DNA from: Vicugna vicugna
Taxonomy: Eukaryota
Length of the DNA: 64,000 nt
Direction: 5' to 3'
Assembly: GCA_013265495.1 (NCBI GenBank)
Contig: MU058718.1
Location: 3,734,081 to 3,798,080, forward strand
Part shown: one piece after another, positions 11,886-25,290 of the stretch
Position numbering within the stretch: the first letter of the stretch is position 1
How the letters are laid out: the number at the start of each line of letters is the position of its first letter
Made by a program: the position numbers and the translations under genes
Notes under the pieces: generated by a model
The model's input: the letters and a program-made list of their open reading frames with translations, nothing else
Database searches by the model: none
What the model was told of the DNA's origin: nothing

Positions 11886-13997
11886 CTAGAAATACAAGAA
11901 TCAAGATTATAAAACATTAAATACACAGATACACTAGTTTATGGTACCATATAAAATTTAGCATGCTAAATTTGGAATCCTTATGTCATCAATCAGAGAC
12001 TGAGGCTGTCTCTGCAGCTGTGCCACCAAGACCTCGGGTTGGCCTCAGTCAGCCTGAGCCCGAGCCTGAGCCCGGGGAAGACACCAAGGCCCTCCCAGCA
12101 GGTCCCCTCACGCATCTCTGCTTTAAGCCTGAGCCAACCAGTGATAAGTAAAACTGACTGGATAATCCCCATGTGTTCTGGAACATTTATGTAAGATTGT
12201 CATATGAAATGTATTTGGGAACTAAACTAACTAAAAAGATATAGATTAATAACTAATATCTTAGTCCTCAAAAGTATTTTCAACTCTCCAGTGTGTTAAT
12301 GTTACTACTTTTGTGGGTTATCTTCGTGGTAAATATTCTATTCTCAATCTTCATTTCTTTTGCCTTTCACACTCGGAGCAGAGCTTCTTAACCACTGTGC
12401 CCCACCAGTGTGCTGAAAACCCACATTGTGAATATTATCAGGTTTAGAGGAATTATAGGAGCTCACAACTTCTTACTGCCAATAACTGTTATACATAAGT
12501 AGACCACTTCCTATCAGAGCTTCCTGATTTTCTCATTCCTAAGAATGAGATCACTTTTATTTTCCATTATTTCCTGACATGGTCATGTAAATAAGCATGT
12601 TTCTTGCCCACATTGGGATCCCTTGAATTTGCTCGCTTGCCTTGTTTCCATTAATTAGTTCATATCTTACAAAACCTTATTCAGAAACGTTACCTCAGAA
12701 AGCCTTTCCTCATTAAAACTACCTGTGTGAATACTCTTTGTGACCAGTTAACAGTGTCTGAACCATAGGAATTTTTACATATTGCTTTGTGTAAGTATCC
12801 ACAAATATTTGTATGTTCTTTTTTTCCTCCCTCAGCAGTCTAAGATTCATTACTTCCTCTAACTTTCACATAATGGACATTCAGTTAAGACCAGCTTATC
12901 TGATGTAATTCTGGAGTCTGTAAAAAGTCTGAATATTTTTAAAAGTTGGATAAAGCTTTTGATGTCCTTTAATAGTAAACAATTCCCAGGAAAGTCCATT
13001 CATTTTTATCTTTTTGAGTCTGTATGGCTATTTTCTTAAGTCTGAATAGTACTATCTTCAATTCTACAAATGTATATTTGGTGCAACATGGTATGTCTTA
13101 GTTCTATTATATTTTGATTCTAACACATTAAATTTAATCTGTGTTCTCTTAAAAGCTTAGATTTTTTTAAAATTTGATTTACAAAGTTGAAATTTGTTTC
13201 TACTTTTTCAGTGAATTCATTTTACTGAATTTTACATAAAATAATTCCATATTGACTTGTAAATATTAAATGTATTCTTGGTATTAGAGGACATAATCCG
13301 GTTATATATAATAGCAGAAACTGAGGAAAGAATTACGTGCTGTCTCTGTAGTTGCTGAAGATCAGTTTTGCTTCCTGAGCAAAACGACCAAAAGACTCCA
13401 CAAAGATAATTTTTCTTATGCAACAAATGATTCCTTCATGAAGCACAGATTTTTCCTCAGACACAGAGCTTTGCACATGTGCAGTGGGAGGAATGAACAC
13501 CAGTTTACAGGTCAGGTCAAGGTATGCCAAGAAAGCTACACTGCATACTGGCCTGGAACCTGCTTAAAGTGGTATAGGGAACTCACTCAGAAGCCAAAGT
13601 TAAAAACAACTTCTAAAGGTTGTAGCTCCATTTACTCTCCAGCAGTTAATTTTCCTCAAGATTCATAACTGTACTTGTTTCGTTCTGCAGTAAAGCAAAA
13701 TGCACGATGTTGGAGCTTAAGAATTTTGAAATTTTCTAAACATTCAGAAAACAAAACATAAAATATTCATGATAATAAATTCTTGAGTTTCATATGCAGA
13801 TCAAATCACATAGGATGTCTGGAATAAAATAAGTATTTTAGAACCATGGCCAAAATTCACAATTAAAATTGGAGCAGTAATCACCAAAGATTTTTAATCT
13901 ACACTAAGACATCCTTCAATGGCTAGTTGGTTTATAAAATAAGAATATCGTAATGTTCACAAATACATAGTTCTTAATTTTAAAAAATGTAACTTAC

Positions 13998-14012
13998 CTC
14001 ATTTGTACTTCC
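13998..14012 (-). CDS. ATL1: ATL1 exon 13, 15-nt microexon (GSTNE)
   Basis: ttgccacag|GGAAGTACAAATGAG|gtaagt; phase 0/0; matches the GSTNE insert of the long ATL1 isoform. Confidence 0.93.
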
Positions 14013-15216
14013 CTGTGGCAAAGGCAGTTTAAAAGGGAGAAAAGAGAAGTATATATCCTGCTTCATTAACAGCATTATGATAGTCAATTTTATGTACAGT
14101 AGTCATTTGTGAGCATTTAAGAACAAATACCCCTGCAGATTTTTTCAGTTTAGATTACATATTTAATCTGAATCTTCTGAAGAACTCAGTTGTATATTCC
14201 TCATAGGTTTCAGCAGCATACTCTTGGAGAGCTTTGGGATTTACCTCAAGTAGCTCCTCTTCATCTAAGGGGCTGTTTGACGCACTGGCTCAGAGGGTCC
14301 AGTTTTAATTCATTCTTTTCCCATAGTGCTACCATTTATCTTAACTAGATTCTCCAAAGAGACCCAGAATATCCATTAGTTACAGTTTTATTTTAAAGAG
14401 TATGTATAAGTGTACTCTTAATGCTGGGAGAATTGTAGTTACTACTTGCTACCTGCAGACCATAAATAGTCACAAGTCTTAACTCCAAAATTTTATGAGG
14501 ATTCTCAATTTTAGCCTCACAAAGTTCCCCTAAACTTTACTGAAGTAATTGAAGACACTTCCAGAATGATACAGTGAGTTGATTATTATTCTAAATGTGT
14601 TTATAATTTGTCCCCTGTCCATATCAATTATTTGAACAATGGACCATGGTGACTCTGACTCCCTGGGTTGTTTAATTGGACCATAAAGGACAACTGACGC
14701 ATAAGCAGCTGATCCAGAGGTTGACCTGGACTCATACTAGGCCTGGTACAAATCTATGGCTCAAATAGAGACAGTTTGAAATAATCAGATAATGCATTTA
14801 GGGGTTTTACTAAAAGAGACAGTGATACAATTTACAATAGTGGTTTATATATGCTTCTAACAAAGCCAATGCTAGTCAACTGATAGGCTGTAAGTATGAA
14901 GTAATGTTAACACATAATTGAGTCACAATCAGTTAATAAAAACTGTGTTTTCTCACTTCTTTCAACAGCTTTAACTTTAAGGATAAGAAAAAGTAGAAAC
15001 ACTATCCAGTCTATATATTTTTGAAAAATACTGAAATGTTGACTGGAAAATAGTTGTATAGGGCTTCACATGTTGTAGTTAGTTGTCTGTGTCTGACCAT
15101 CTTGACAGATTCTAAAGTTCTTGAAGACTGGGGCCCAAGTCATGTTCATCTGCCTATTTCTAACATCTAACATAGTGTCTGGTACATAGATGGCATTCAA
15201 ATGTGTGCTGCATTTA

Positions 15217-15699
<483 letters not shown>

Positions 15700-16947
15700 T
15701 TATGCAGCGGAGAGTAAAATCGGCAACAGTGTCAAACATGTTCACTTAGCTAGTTGAATTTGTTAGAACACAAGAATGAGAAGGAGGCTGCATTATATTT
15801 TGTCAACCCACATCTTTCCACATTCCACATTTATCAGGCATGACTATAAGTGGGACTGGTACTTTATAGGTGACTTATATAAAGTCTTTCTTAATTTTTC
15901 TTCTCTTTTAGACACAGGAAGGAATACCCATGACTTAATCCAAGTTCCTCAAAACGAAAAGGCAGGATACAAAGAGAACTGCAAACTGAGTTCATTAATA
16001 GAATAAATCCAAATTTAAGATAACTACTTTTATCCAAGTTCCTGTAGGAGATTTATTCTAACTACACTGAATAATTTTGACCAATGAAGTTTAATTTAAA
16101 ACAATGAGCAATGCTATACAGCTCTAAAATAAAATTGTGAAAAACATTTTCTTTGGCAGTTTCACTAATTTTTGTTTGAATAGAACCCATTGAGTATTTT
16201 CTTCAAGAGACTAAATGGAAGCATATTAAATGTTCTTAGACCACATTTTCAACTTTTTCAAAAGTTACAAGAGAAATCTGTTACCCATATCACTTTGGTT
16301 ATTTGAGATTTAGTGATATAAAGGAGACTCTCATTCCAAATCCCCTTTAATTATGTTGTAAACACCATTCCATATGCTATATTTCCCTCGACTTTTAAGA
16401 CTCGATCAATTTTGATATAATTTTCACTTTATAGTGAAAGAAAACTTATCACATTAGTAGATGTAAACAATAATCATTAGATGCATCCTAATTCAGAATG
16501 TTAAAAAGAGGAAATACAGTATTTAGAGATACTGGTCTGCGAAGTCTATTTTTTTGCTAACAAGTTTTTATATTTAAGATAGAAATACTGGAATTGTGGA
16601 ATGTAGGGAGGTGTAGTAGAGAGGACAGTATGTTATTTTAGCCACTAGATCTTATAAACAGTGGGAAATGTACCCCCCACCCCTACAAAGTGAATTTTTT
16701 AAAAAATGTGTCTCTGTTATAAAGAGATAACTCATTTAAAGTACATTTAGAATTGTGCATACATCATGTTCTTGGCATGTTTATTTTAAAATATTTTAAG
16801 AATGTAATAAAAAGAAATGGGATACAGATAGGCTGAGAGAGTAAGTCAAAGCCACTCTTTGCATGTGTGTACAGTGTAACTTGGAAGAAAGAAGAATGAG
16901 CTCATGGAAGAAATACTGATTTTATGCAAAACATTTAAAATATTATC

Positions 16948-17092
16948 TTTAGCAACTTATGGTGGAAAAGAATATGAAAATGAATGTATGTATATTCATG
17001 TATGACTGAAGCATTATGCTGTACACCAGAAACTGCCACAACATTGTAAACTGACTATACTTCAATAAAATATATATATATATATATATACA
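16948..17092 (+). mobile_element. L1 3' end fragment with (TA)n tail
   Basis: aacttatggtggaaaagaatatgaaaatgaa...acattgtaaactgactatacttcaataaaa; same family as 40096-40378. Confidence 0.8.
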
Positions 17093-17108
17093 CAAGAAAT
17101 AGATATTA

Positions 17109-17303
<195 letters not shown>

Positions 17304-18025
17304 TCATCAAATAATTTGAAAAGTGTTGAAATATTTCCACTACATCTTTTAAAATTAGTAATTTAAAATTTCAAAATGCATAAAACATAGAAATTTACTC
17401 AATAAACCATGGTTCTAAAATGAATTTTCATTTGGAAGATTATTCCTCTTAAAAATATTTTTAAGCCTGTCACCAAATATGGGAAGGGGATCTATAAATC
17501 CAAACACATGGGAAACAATGTGTAGTACATTTTACATACATAATATATATAAAAATATGTCAACTTGAAGGGTTACTACTGATAGAACAATGTACCACTG
17601 ATAACAAAAAGGGACCATTAAGAATTTACAGAAATTTAAAAAATAAGTATGAGAAACATCGAGTTTTACCTTTTTTAAATGTTTATTTGTAGAGTCCACT
17701 TGTTTAAAACCTGGACCTGCTTTTCTACCTCCTGTTACATGTGTGAATCTAAATCACAGTATGAATCTGTTTCCTAAACTTAATTCAAAGAGAATGAAGA
17801 CTCTGGTATAAAGTATATCTCAGCACAAATGAGGCTGCTGTATGTGTATGTGAAAATGTTTAGATGAACACAAATGGGTAATTATTAGAAAAATAATCTT
17901 CCAATAAGTCATTCCACCCACTATTATTATTTAGTGATTTCTGACGGCCAGATTGGAGCATATCTTTAGCGCAGCTTCCATGACAATACGTTTTTACAAT
18001 ATCATGCCTCTTGATGAATAAATAC

Positions 18026-18082
18026 CTGTAACATTGACTTGGGATGTGGTAATTCTTCGCCTTGATAGATCTTTATGTAAGC
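18026..18082 (-). CDS. ATL1: ATL1 exon 10
   Basis: ttttag|GCT...CAG|gtattt; 57 nt; AYIKIYQGEELPHPKSMLQ. Confidence 0.96.
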
Positions 18083-18114
18083 CTAAAAAAAATTTTTAAA
18101 AAGAAAGAAAAAGA

Positions 18115-18293
18115 TGTATAGCACAGGGAAATATATACAAGATCTTGTGGTAGCTCACAGCAAAAAAGAATGCGACAATGAATATATGTATGTTCATAAC
18201 TGAAAAATTGTGCTCTACACTGGAAATTGACACAACATTGTAAACTGACTATAACTCAATAAATAAATAAATGGTTTATATTGACCCACAAAA
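18115..18293 (+). mobile_element. 5'-truncated young L1 3' end with A-rich TSD
   Basis: Closely similar to 7727-7880; flanked by aaaaaga(t)aagaaaaaga repeats at 18098-18114 and 18294-18311. Confidence 0.85.
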
Positions 18294-19441
18294 AAAAAGA
18301 TAAGAAAAAGACTCATGTTCAAATAATTCCATTCAATATTTCTCTAGTCTGTTAAATTGTATTCTAAGGTCTAAGGTCTTGATAATTAAAAAAAATAAAT
18401 TAAAAAAGGCCTTGACAGTTTCAGGAACAGTTATCTCTTTCTCTACTTTTAATTCCCTCTTAGTTCTTGTTCCCTTTTCCTGCAAGTCCCTTTTCACACA
18501 TCTCCACTTGCCAATCCTACCCTTTCCAAAGGCTTAACTCACTGTCACCTTCTTTAAAACTTTCTCAGATCCCTCTGCTAGGAGTAACATTTCTCTTTCA
18601 GTTGCCCATAGGAATTTGTACCTACTGCTGCCACAAGCTTTATGGAATATATCTGTGCAAGGGCCCTAAATCTCCTACTAAATTCTAAGCTCCTCCACAC
18701 TGTTTTGTGCACAGCCAAGGATTCAAATTTTAAATAAATAAATAACATGTCATTCATTGCTGAGAATGATGAAGGTAAATATCACATAGGAGGCATATGA
18801 TCATATTTTAAAATGATAAAATGTGAATTTAAAAAATTGATATTTCAGTCCTTGGAGCATCAATACACATAGATTGGTAACTGAAATCCTCTGCTATATA
18901 TGTGCATTGGTTAAAAAAAAAAGAATTGTATTTGGGGCTACCTGAGGTAAACAGGTTAATGCAAATTTAAAATAGATTCCACTTCAAATTGGCCTTTGGT
19001 GCAGAGAGCAGGAAATGTGGAAGAATGTTCTCCAGTAGGAAGGCAAAGTACAGCCTCTTGGGGAAAATCTTCAGAATGAAGCTAAAATTCAGTATAGGTC
19101 ATGACTGAGGACTATGTGGTATGCACCCTGGGAAATACTTCCTCCCCCTAAAAGGAAACAGACTTTTCCAACTCTTAGATACCTTTATGTTTCAAAATAT
19201 ATTTCTGTCACGATAAAAGAAGATCGTAAAGTTACCTCAAGGAGTTTCCTCAAAAATTTTTTTCAGAACGCAAGCTCCTCTTGGGAGTTTAATAACATTT
19301 TTATCATTTTTATATAGACCTCAATACCTTTACCTCATATTACAGAGTCTACAATTTTCTTTTTTTGTTTAAGGTAGGAACTGCATTCCCAAACATGTCA
19401 AACCCAAGTACTCACAAACGCTCTAGAAATGAGAGTGATAC

Positions 19442-19569
19442 CTTGAAGTACTCCACCAGACCTCGGCAGGTGATTTTGTTCCCATTGATCTCTTTAATAT
19501 CTAGGTTCTCAGGAGTAAGTAGCCAAGGAATGAGTATTTTCAAGTTTTTGATGAATTCATCATCTATTT
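19442..19569 (-). CDS. ATL1: ATL1 exon 9
   Basis: ttgtag|AA...AAG|gtatca; 128 nt; (E)[42 protein letters not shown]. Confidence 0.96.
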
Positions 19570-20789
19570 CTACAAGTAAAAGCAAATTCATCATTATTTT
19601 AAAAATCCTATCCAGTCCTCCATGCCATACAATAAAATTATTCATCCTTTGACTTCCTCTATTTCTTCCCCAGGAATAAAGCTGTCACTTTCCCATCATC
19701 TAAATTACTCCTGAAACCCACTTTTCTCAGGCTAAACGATCCTCCTTGCCCAAACTCCTATTGCTGGTCTTTCTTATCTCTGCTCTAATTACATTTTTAT
19801 CTTGTCTTTCACTTATAAAATAGCTTTCTTGATATTATACATTATACAAATGTTTTATACCCCATTCACATAACCATTTCATGTATTCTGATATCTTTAA
19901 GTCTTGTTCATGGTTTATATAAAAGTATATGTATATAATATGGGCTCCTAAATGGGGAAAGGGCAGATATTTACGATTTTATAGGATGTACTCCCTTGAG
20001 AAAATGTATCTAAAAGTTGTGTTTAGTGTGCCCACCTTATGAAAAATGTATGGAACTCGGTGGGGAGTGGGAAGTGGGACTCAAGTTCGAAAAGACACTG
20101 ATGCTGATGCTGCCTGCAGTGGTGAAACTCAGCAACACAAAATAACACTGTTAAGAAAAGGCACCAGAGGCCTGGCAGCCAGCAGATTAGAGGCAGTCTG
20201 AGTTACCGACCTACCGTGTTTGGTACATGTGATGACACATAACCCACGTTACAGAGTTAGGTTCAAGCTTAACATTACAGATTTAGGAAAGTAACCCAGA
20301 AAGTATTTTCAGAGACATCTTTTGAACACAGTCTAATTTCTAAAATTATTATTTAACTTCCTATAATTTTTTTAAAATCTGAATTTCAGCAGAGTCACTG
20401 AGTTTTCAGGCTTTGGGGCTGGTTATTTCTGAGGCCTTAAGGGTAAATAGTCAAACCTTATGATTTGTTTACACGTTCCCTCCTTGTTATTATAGCCCCA
20501 ACGTACATTGAAATACCAGTTTACATAAGAATTCATGTTTCTCTTCTCTTGCTTACTGCTTTTATGATGTGTATGAGCATGATGTTGGAAATCCTTCTGA
20601 TTTGTTTTACTTCATGTTTTGTGCAGCACAAATTTTGAAATTTGTGTCCATGTTTCATGAGTACTTGTAGAGGAGTTTGTTCAAATTTATTTTCTGTTTG
20701 CACTGTACCAATTTTTACTGATAATTGTGCTTTGTATTACTATAGGTTTATTCAAATGTATTTATTATTGTGGTCTGCTTTTTAGTTAC

Positions 20790-20822
20790 TAGTTTAGTTT
20801 AGTTTTAGTTTAGTTTAGTTTT
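20790..20822. repeat. (TTTAG)n simple repeat
   Basis: agtttagttttagttttagtttagtttagtttt, seen directly. Confidence 0.8.
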
Positions 20823-23119
20823 CTCTAAATACTGGTATTTATATTATGTTACTATGTTCCTATGTTGTGTTTTGTTGCCTACTATGTATCTGTATTCACT
20901 GATGCTAATAGGTTTCTTTTTCGCTCTATGATTTTATGCTTTTTTTCAGCATTAGTAGACTATTACTATATATCTAGAATATATGAATTATCCCTGAATA
21001 TCTGTATAAAACAAAAAGCTTTCTCTTTCTTTATAAAACCACTTTTAAAACATAGACTTAAATTCTACTCCTCCAAAAAAAAATTCCTTATAAAACTGTA
21101 ATGGAGTAAGATACACCTGCATATCTAATGCACCAGCAAGTGTGGTAATTATCATCAAAATAACCAGTACAGCACCACACATTTGGATTAAAAATGTGTT
21201 CTGAAGATGGTATTAGCCATAGTCTAACTTTATTCTCACCAATGCCAGGTAGTCCAATTTTGGATTCAGAAAATACGAACATTATATTCATGTCACACAC
21301 AAGTGGGGAGCTCTAGCTAACAATATTAATGGAACACAAGTAAATCCATAACCCAGAACATCTGCAGACCAGTTCAGATCAACTTGCAGAGGTACGCTAG
21401 TCAGCTTTGGCTCACTGCAAGTGTTCAATAATATGTGCGGGTGGGTGATTATTCAGGATGATGTTCTGTTTCTATCACTTCTTCAACAATTTCTGCCACA
21501 AGAGTAAAACCTTGCTAGGAATTCAGGAGCTAGGCCAAAGTCATCATCGGTCATGATAACTGGCGATGATACATGCTTCATAAGAACCCTGCAGGGCAGA
21601 TGCACCGGTATGGTGCTGCTGTGTAAACCAACCAAGGAAGGCATTTTCTCAGGATTATCTGACTCTGACAAGTCATTAGAAATACCTTTTTAAAAATAAT
21701 AACCTTGCACTGGTGCTTGGCTATGCTGTCTGAAGTCTAACTGGAGCTGCTAAGGAAGCACAATTTGTCTCAGTAAAGGACTGCTGTTGAAGGCCTGGCC
21801 CTGCTCTGCCTATTTATGGCTCCCCAACTACAGAGAAGAAAGAACGGCCTTGTGGGAGCCCTCTCTTTATGGAATTTATTCAAAACATATTGAAGCCATT
21901 AGGTAATTGCACGGTATCAAGAGGTCTGTGTGCTCACTAGTGGGTTGGAATTCAGAAGTGACAGTAAAATTATAGGGTCCTATAATCCATGCATTAACAT
22001 GTGCCTATGGCTATCTGTTCTGTTGTGTAAAGAAAAGACAATTTAAAACATGTATAAAAACTATGCTGAAGATTCAGAAATTTGGGATTCTGTTATGATA
22101 TTAACTGCTATAGTTAAATACACGGTTATCTAGAGAGTAAACACCATGGATATAGGGGGAAAAAATAGGTTTGCTTTTCAAACTTGCCAGTTCCATAAAA
22201 ACTGAATACGAGTTATGCTGTCCATTTTAAAGCCCTTTGAGCACATCTGTGCTGAAAAGCTTGTCATGTCACTCTCATTACCCCTGGCACAAGGCAAAAA
22301 GGCTGCAGTAAATTAAGCAAATGTCTGAACTTGGTGATGGACTTAATACTAGGCTTACAAGTGAAAAATCAGAAATATCTTTCTACTACCTTGTATTAAC
22401 TACAAAGCAAACATCTAAGGAACTAGCGATTATCTATTAGGAAAGATTAGTTTCTGCTTCCTCAGATCCCTGCCTCCAAGTCCTTCCTCCCCACCCCCAC
22501 CCCCCCTTTTTTTTTAAACTAAATGGAGTTGCTTTGGAATCTTAAAATGTTAGTCAGACCTCTGTTCAAGAGATAATTACATACCATTAGTTTATACTAT
22601 TTGAAAAACACTCTGTTTTTTTTGAAACTGGTTCTCATTCAGAAGAGGATTTCATTATTAGTGAAGTTTCTAAATTATTTATAATTAAATTTTTAGCAGT
22701 GGTTTTAAAGTGCTTCACTTCAGTACTAAGCAGTATTTCTATCTCTAATTATATTAATTTAATACAACATTCCAAAAATATAGACATGTATTTTTCCTCT
22801 TAAATGAAAATAAGGAAAGTTGAACAGGAAGATATTAAGGAGCACAGAGGTGAGTAGCAACCTCTGAGAAGGCGTGAAGGTTAATGCCTCCCAGGTGAAT
22901 GCAGGATTTGGCCTATTTTCTCAGTGTACGTGTTCGGCACCTATAGAATCCCACAGTTCACCAGGGAGGTGCTTGAGCATAAGCCCAGGATTCCCAGCTC
23001 TACTGAAAATTTCTAATCATCAGCCTCACATCAGTTGATAAATTAAACTAGCAGCCACAAGCCCTGTGCGTAAAATGACATTTTTGTACTCAGACTAAGT
23101 GACATAAACATATTCATTA

Positions 23120-23299
<180 letters not shown>

Positions 23300-24402
23300 C
23301 TACTTTCAATATAAATCAAACTCCAGAAGAATTCTGTGGCATCTTGTATTTGCTATGTCTGTCTGGTCTCAATGATAAAAAAATGACATGGCAGGGCTGA
23401 TACTAAAGAAAGAAAACAGCCATATCTTACGTATAGTATACATATGGCATTATTATTATGATTAACAAATGTCTATTCTTGCTAACTCAGTGGGCCTTCC
23501 CATTGTTTAGTACAAATTAGTGGAGTTTTACTCTAGCTAGTTCTGACAAATTCAAATTTTAATTCAAAGTACTCACGGGAGACATGAATAGATCATAAGA
23601 CATTCTTACCTTCTTTTAGGAGATACTCAAGACAGCCTCTTGTAACCTGGTAGGTACATACTTAAATTCTAGAAAGGCATCTGGATAGTTGGGTGTTTTT
23701 ATAAGCTAAATTGCTTCCCCTGCCTTTTTTTTTAAAACATTATTTGACAGTTAATAGTAAAGACAAACTACCCTAAAAATAACAATAAACCAAAAAAGGT
23801 AAGCTTAAAGATTCTGATTATCAAGGAACTTTTTTTTTAATCTCCATTTTTTTCCTGATTACTCAGTAGGTATTTTGGACGATATCTGTTCGGTGTAAGC
23901 AATTCATTCAATATTGAACTATCCTGACATAGAAAATGGAAAGCCTTCTAATTTCACTTTCTGTGAACTACTACCAAAATGTTCTAAGATTTACTTCGGG
24001 AATTTCAAAATGAAATATTTCTGTTAAATTGACTTTAAAACTCCACTAAAACATGAATCCAGTTTTTTTACTGTCAATCTTGAACTGATTTGATTCTTTA
24101 AATTAAAAGTTTCAGCTTTAAGGAATAAATCATTATATTACAGATATCTACAAAAGAACTCTTTTTCTGTCATAATTTTTTGTTCTTTCTTTATTTTTTT
24201 CTTCTATTGTTTTTTCTGTACCATAATTATTGATAATATTTAAAATTGTAACCTACAGTATTTTATTAAACATCAATCTTAGTTTGTTCACAGAGATGTT
24301 ATGAAGGTTAAATGAGATTGTGGCTACTGAGTATTCAGCAAATCATTCAACAAAAATAATTCTAGATTACTACTGGGGAAATTTCATGCATCTAAATATC
24401 TA

Positions 24403-24501
<99 letters not shown>

Positions 24502-24889
24502 CTAAGAAACAAAGAAGAATGGATTGATTAAGGGGACTCTAAATTGCCTCCCTGCTTTTCCTCCAAACCAATTAAGTGATATTACTGTCATCTGAATAGT
24601 GTATGCCACATAGTGGAACTGAAAAACAAAACTTTGAAAGTTTTGTTTCCGAGCAATCTCTCCCCTATGAGATCATCCTACCCATTTCCATTAAATGTGA
24701 ACAGAAAGCAGCCCCCAAACTGATTAAAGTTACATAGTGCCCCTCTGCCAGCGTAGGGCACCTCTGTTAGTTTTTGGGAAGCTTTTTACGAAGATTATTT
24801 TCATCTATCATCTGTCTAAGCAGTTTTCCTCTATTGCATTTGTCCCAGTCTCTCTTTTGGGGCTCTCATGATGCATATGTGGTAGGCAG

Positions 24890-25290
24890 AGGGGTGAGGA
24901 TCCAGGTTTTGTGGGACCTGAAGCTTATACAATCTGTTCAGGGGAGGGCTTAATAAGAAAAGGGCTTAAAAGATAGCATTTATTTAGAATGAGAAAAATA
25001 ACAAATTACAAATTTAAAAAAACTGACAAATACCACAAACACACATAAAAAAAAATTCAGAAAAATAACTAACATACCTTTGTAATACTATTTCCCCCTA
25101 GTTTTTGGCTGTAAATAACTATGATTACTTCTTCATATGACAATTTTGAAATATTTTGTTAGGCAGCTAATTCAGTCTTTCCTCTAACAAGGCCAAATTT
25201 TTATTATAAAAATGTTTTTTATTATTAATAGTTTAGAAATGTTTCAGCTTCCTAACTTGTTATTTGTAATGTCACGTACATTTTTAATTT
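24890..25290 (+). mobile_element. hAT-Tip100 fossil (Arthur1/MER53-like)
   Basis: ggatccaggttttgtgggacctgaagcttatacaat...tttagaatgagaaaa...ctgacaaataccacaaac resembles the recalled consensus. Confidence 0.55.
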
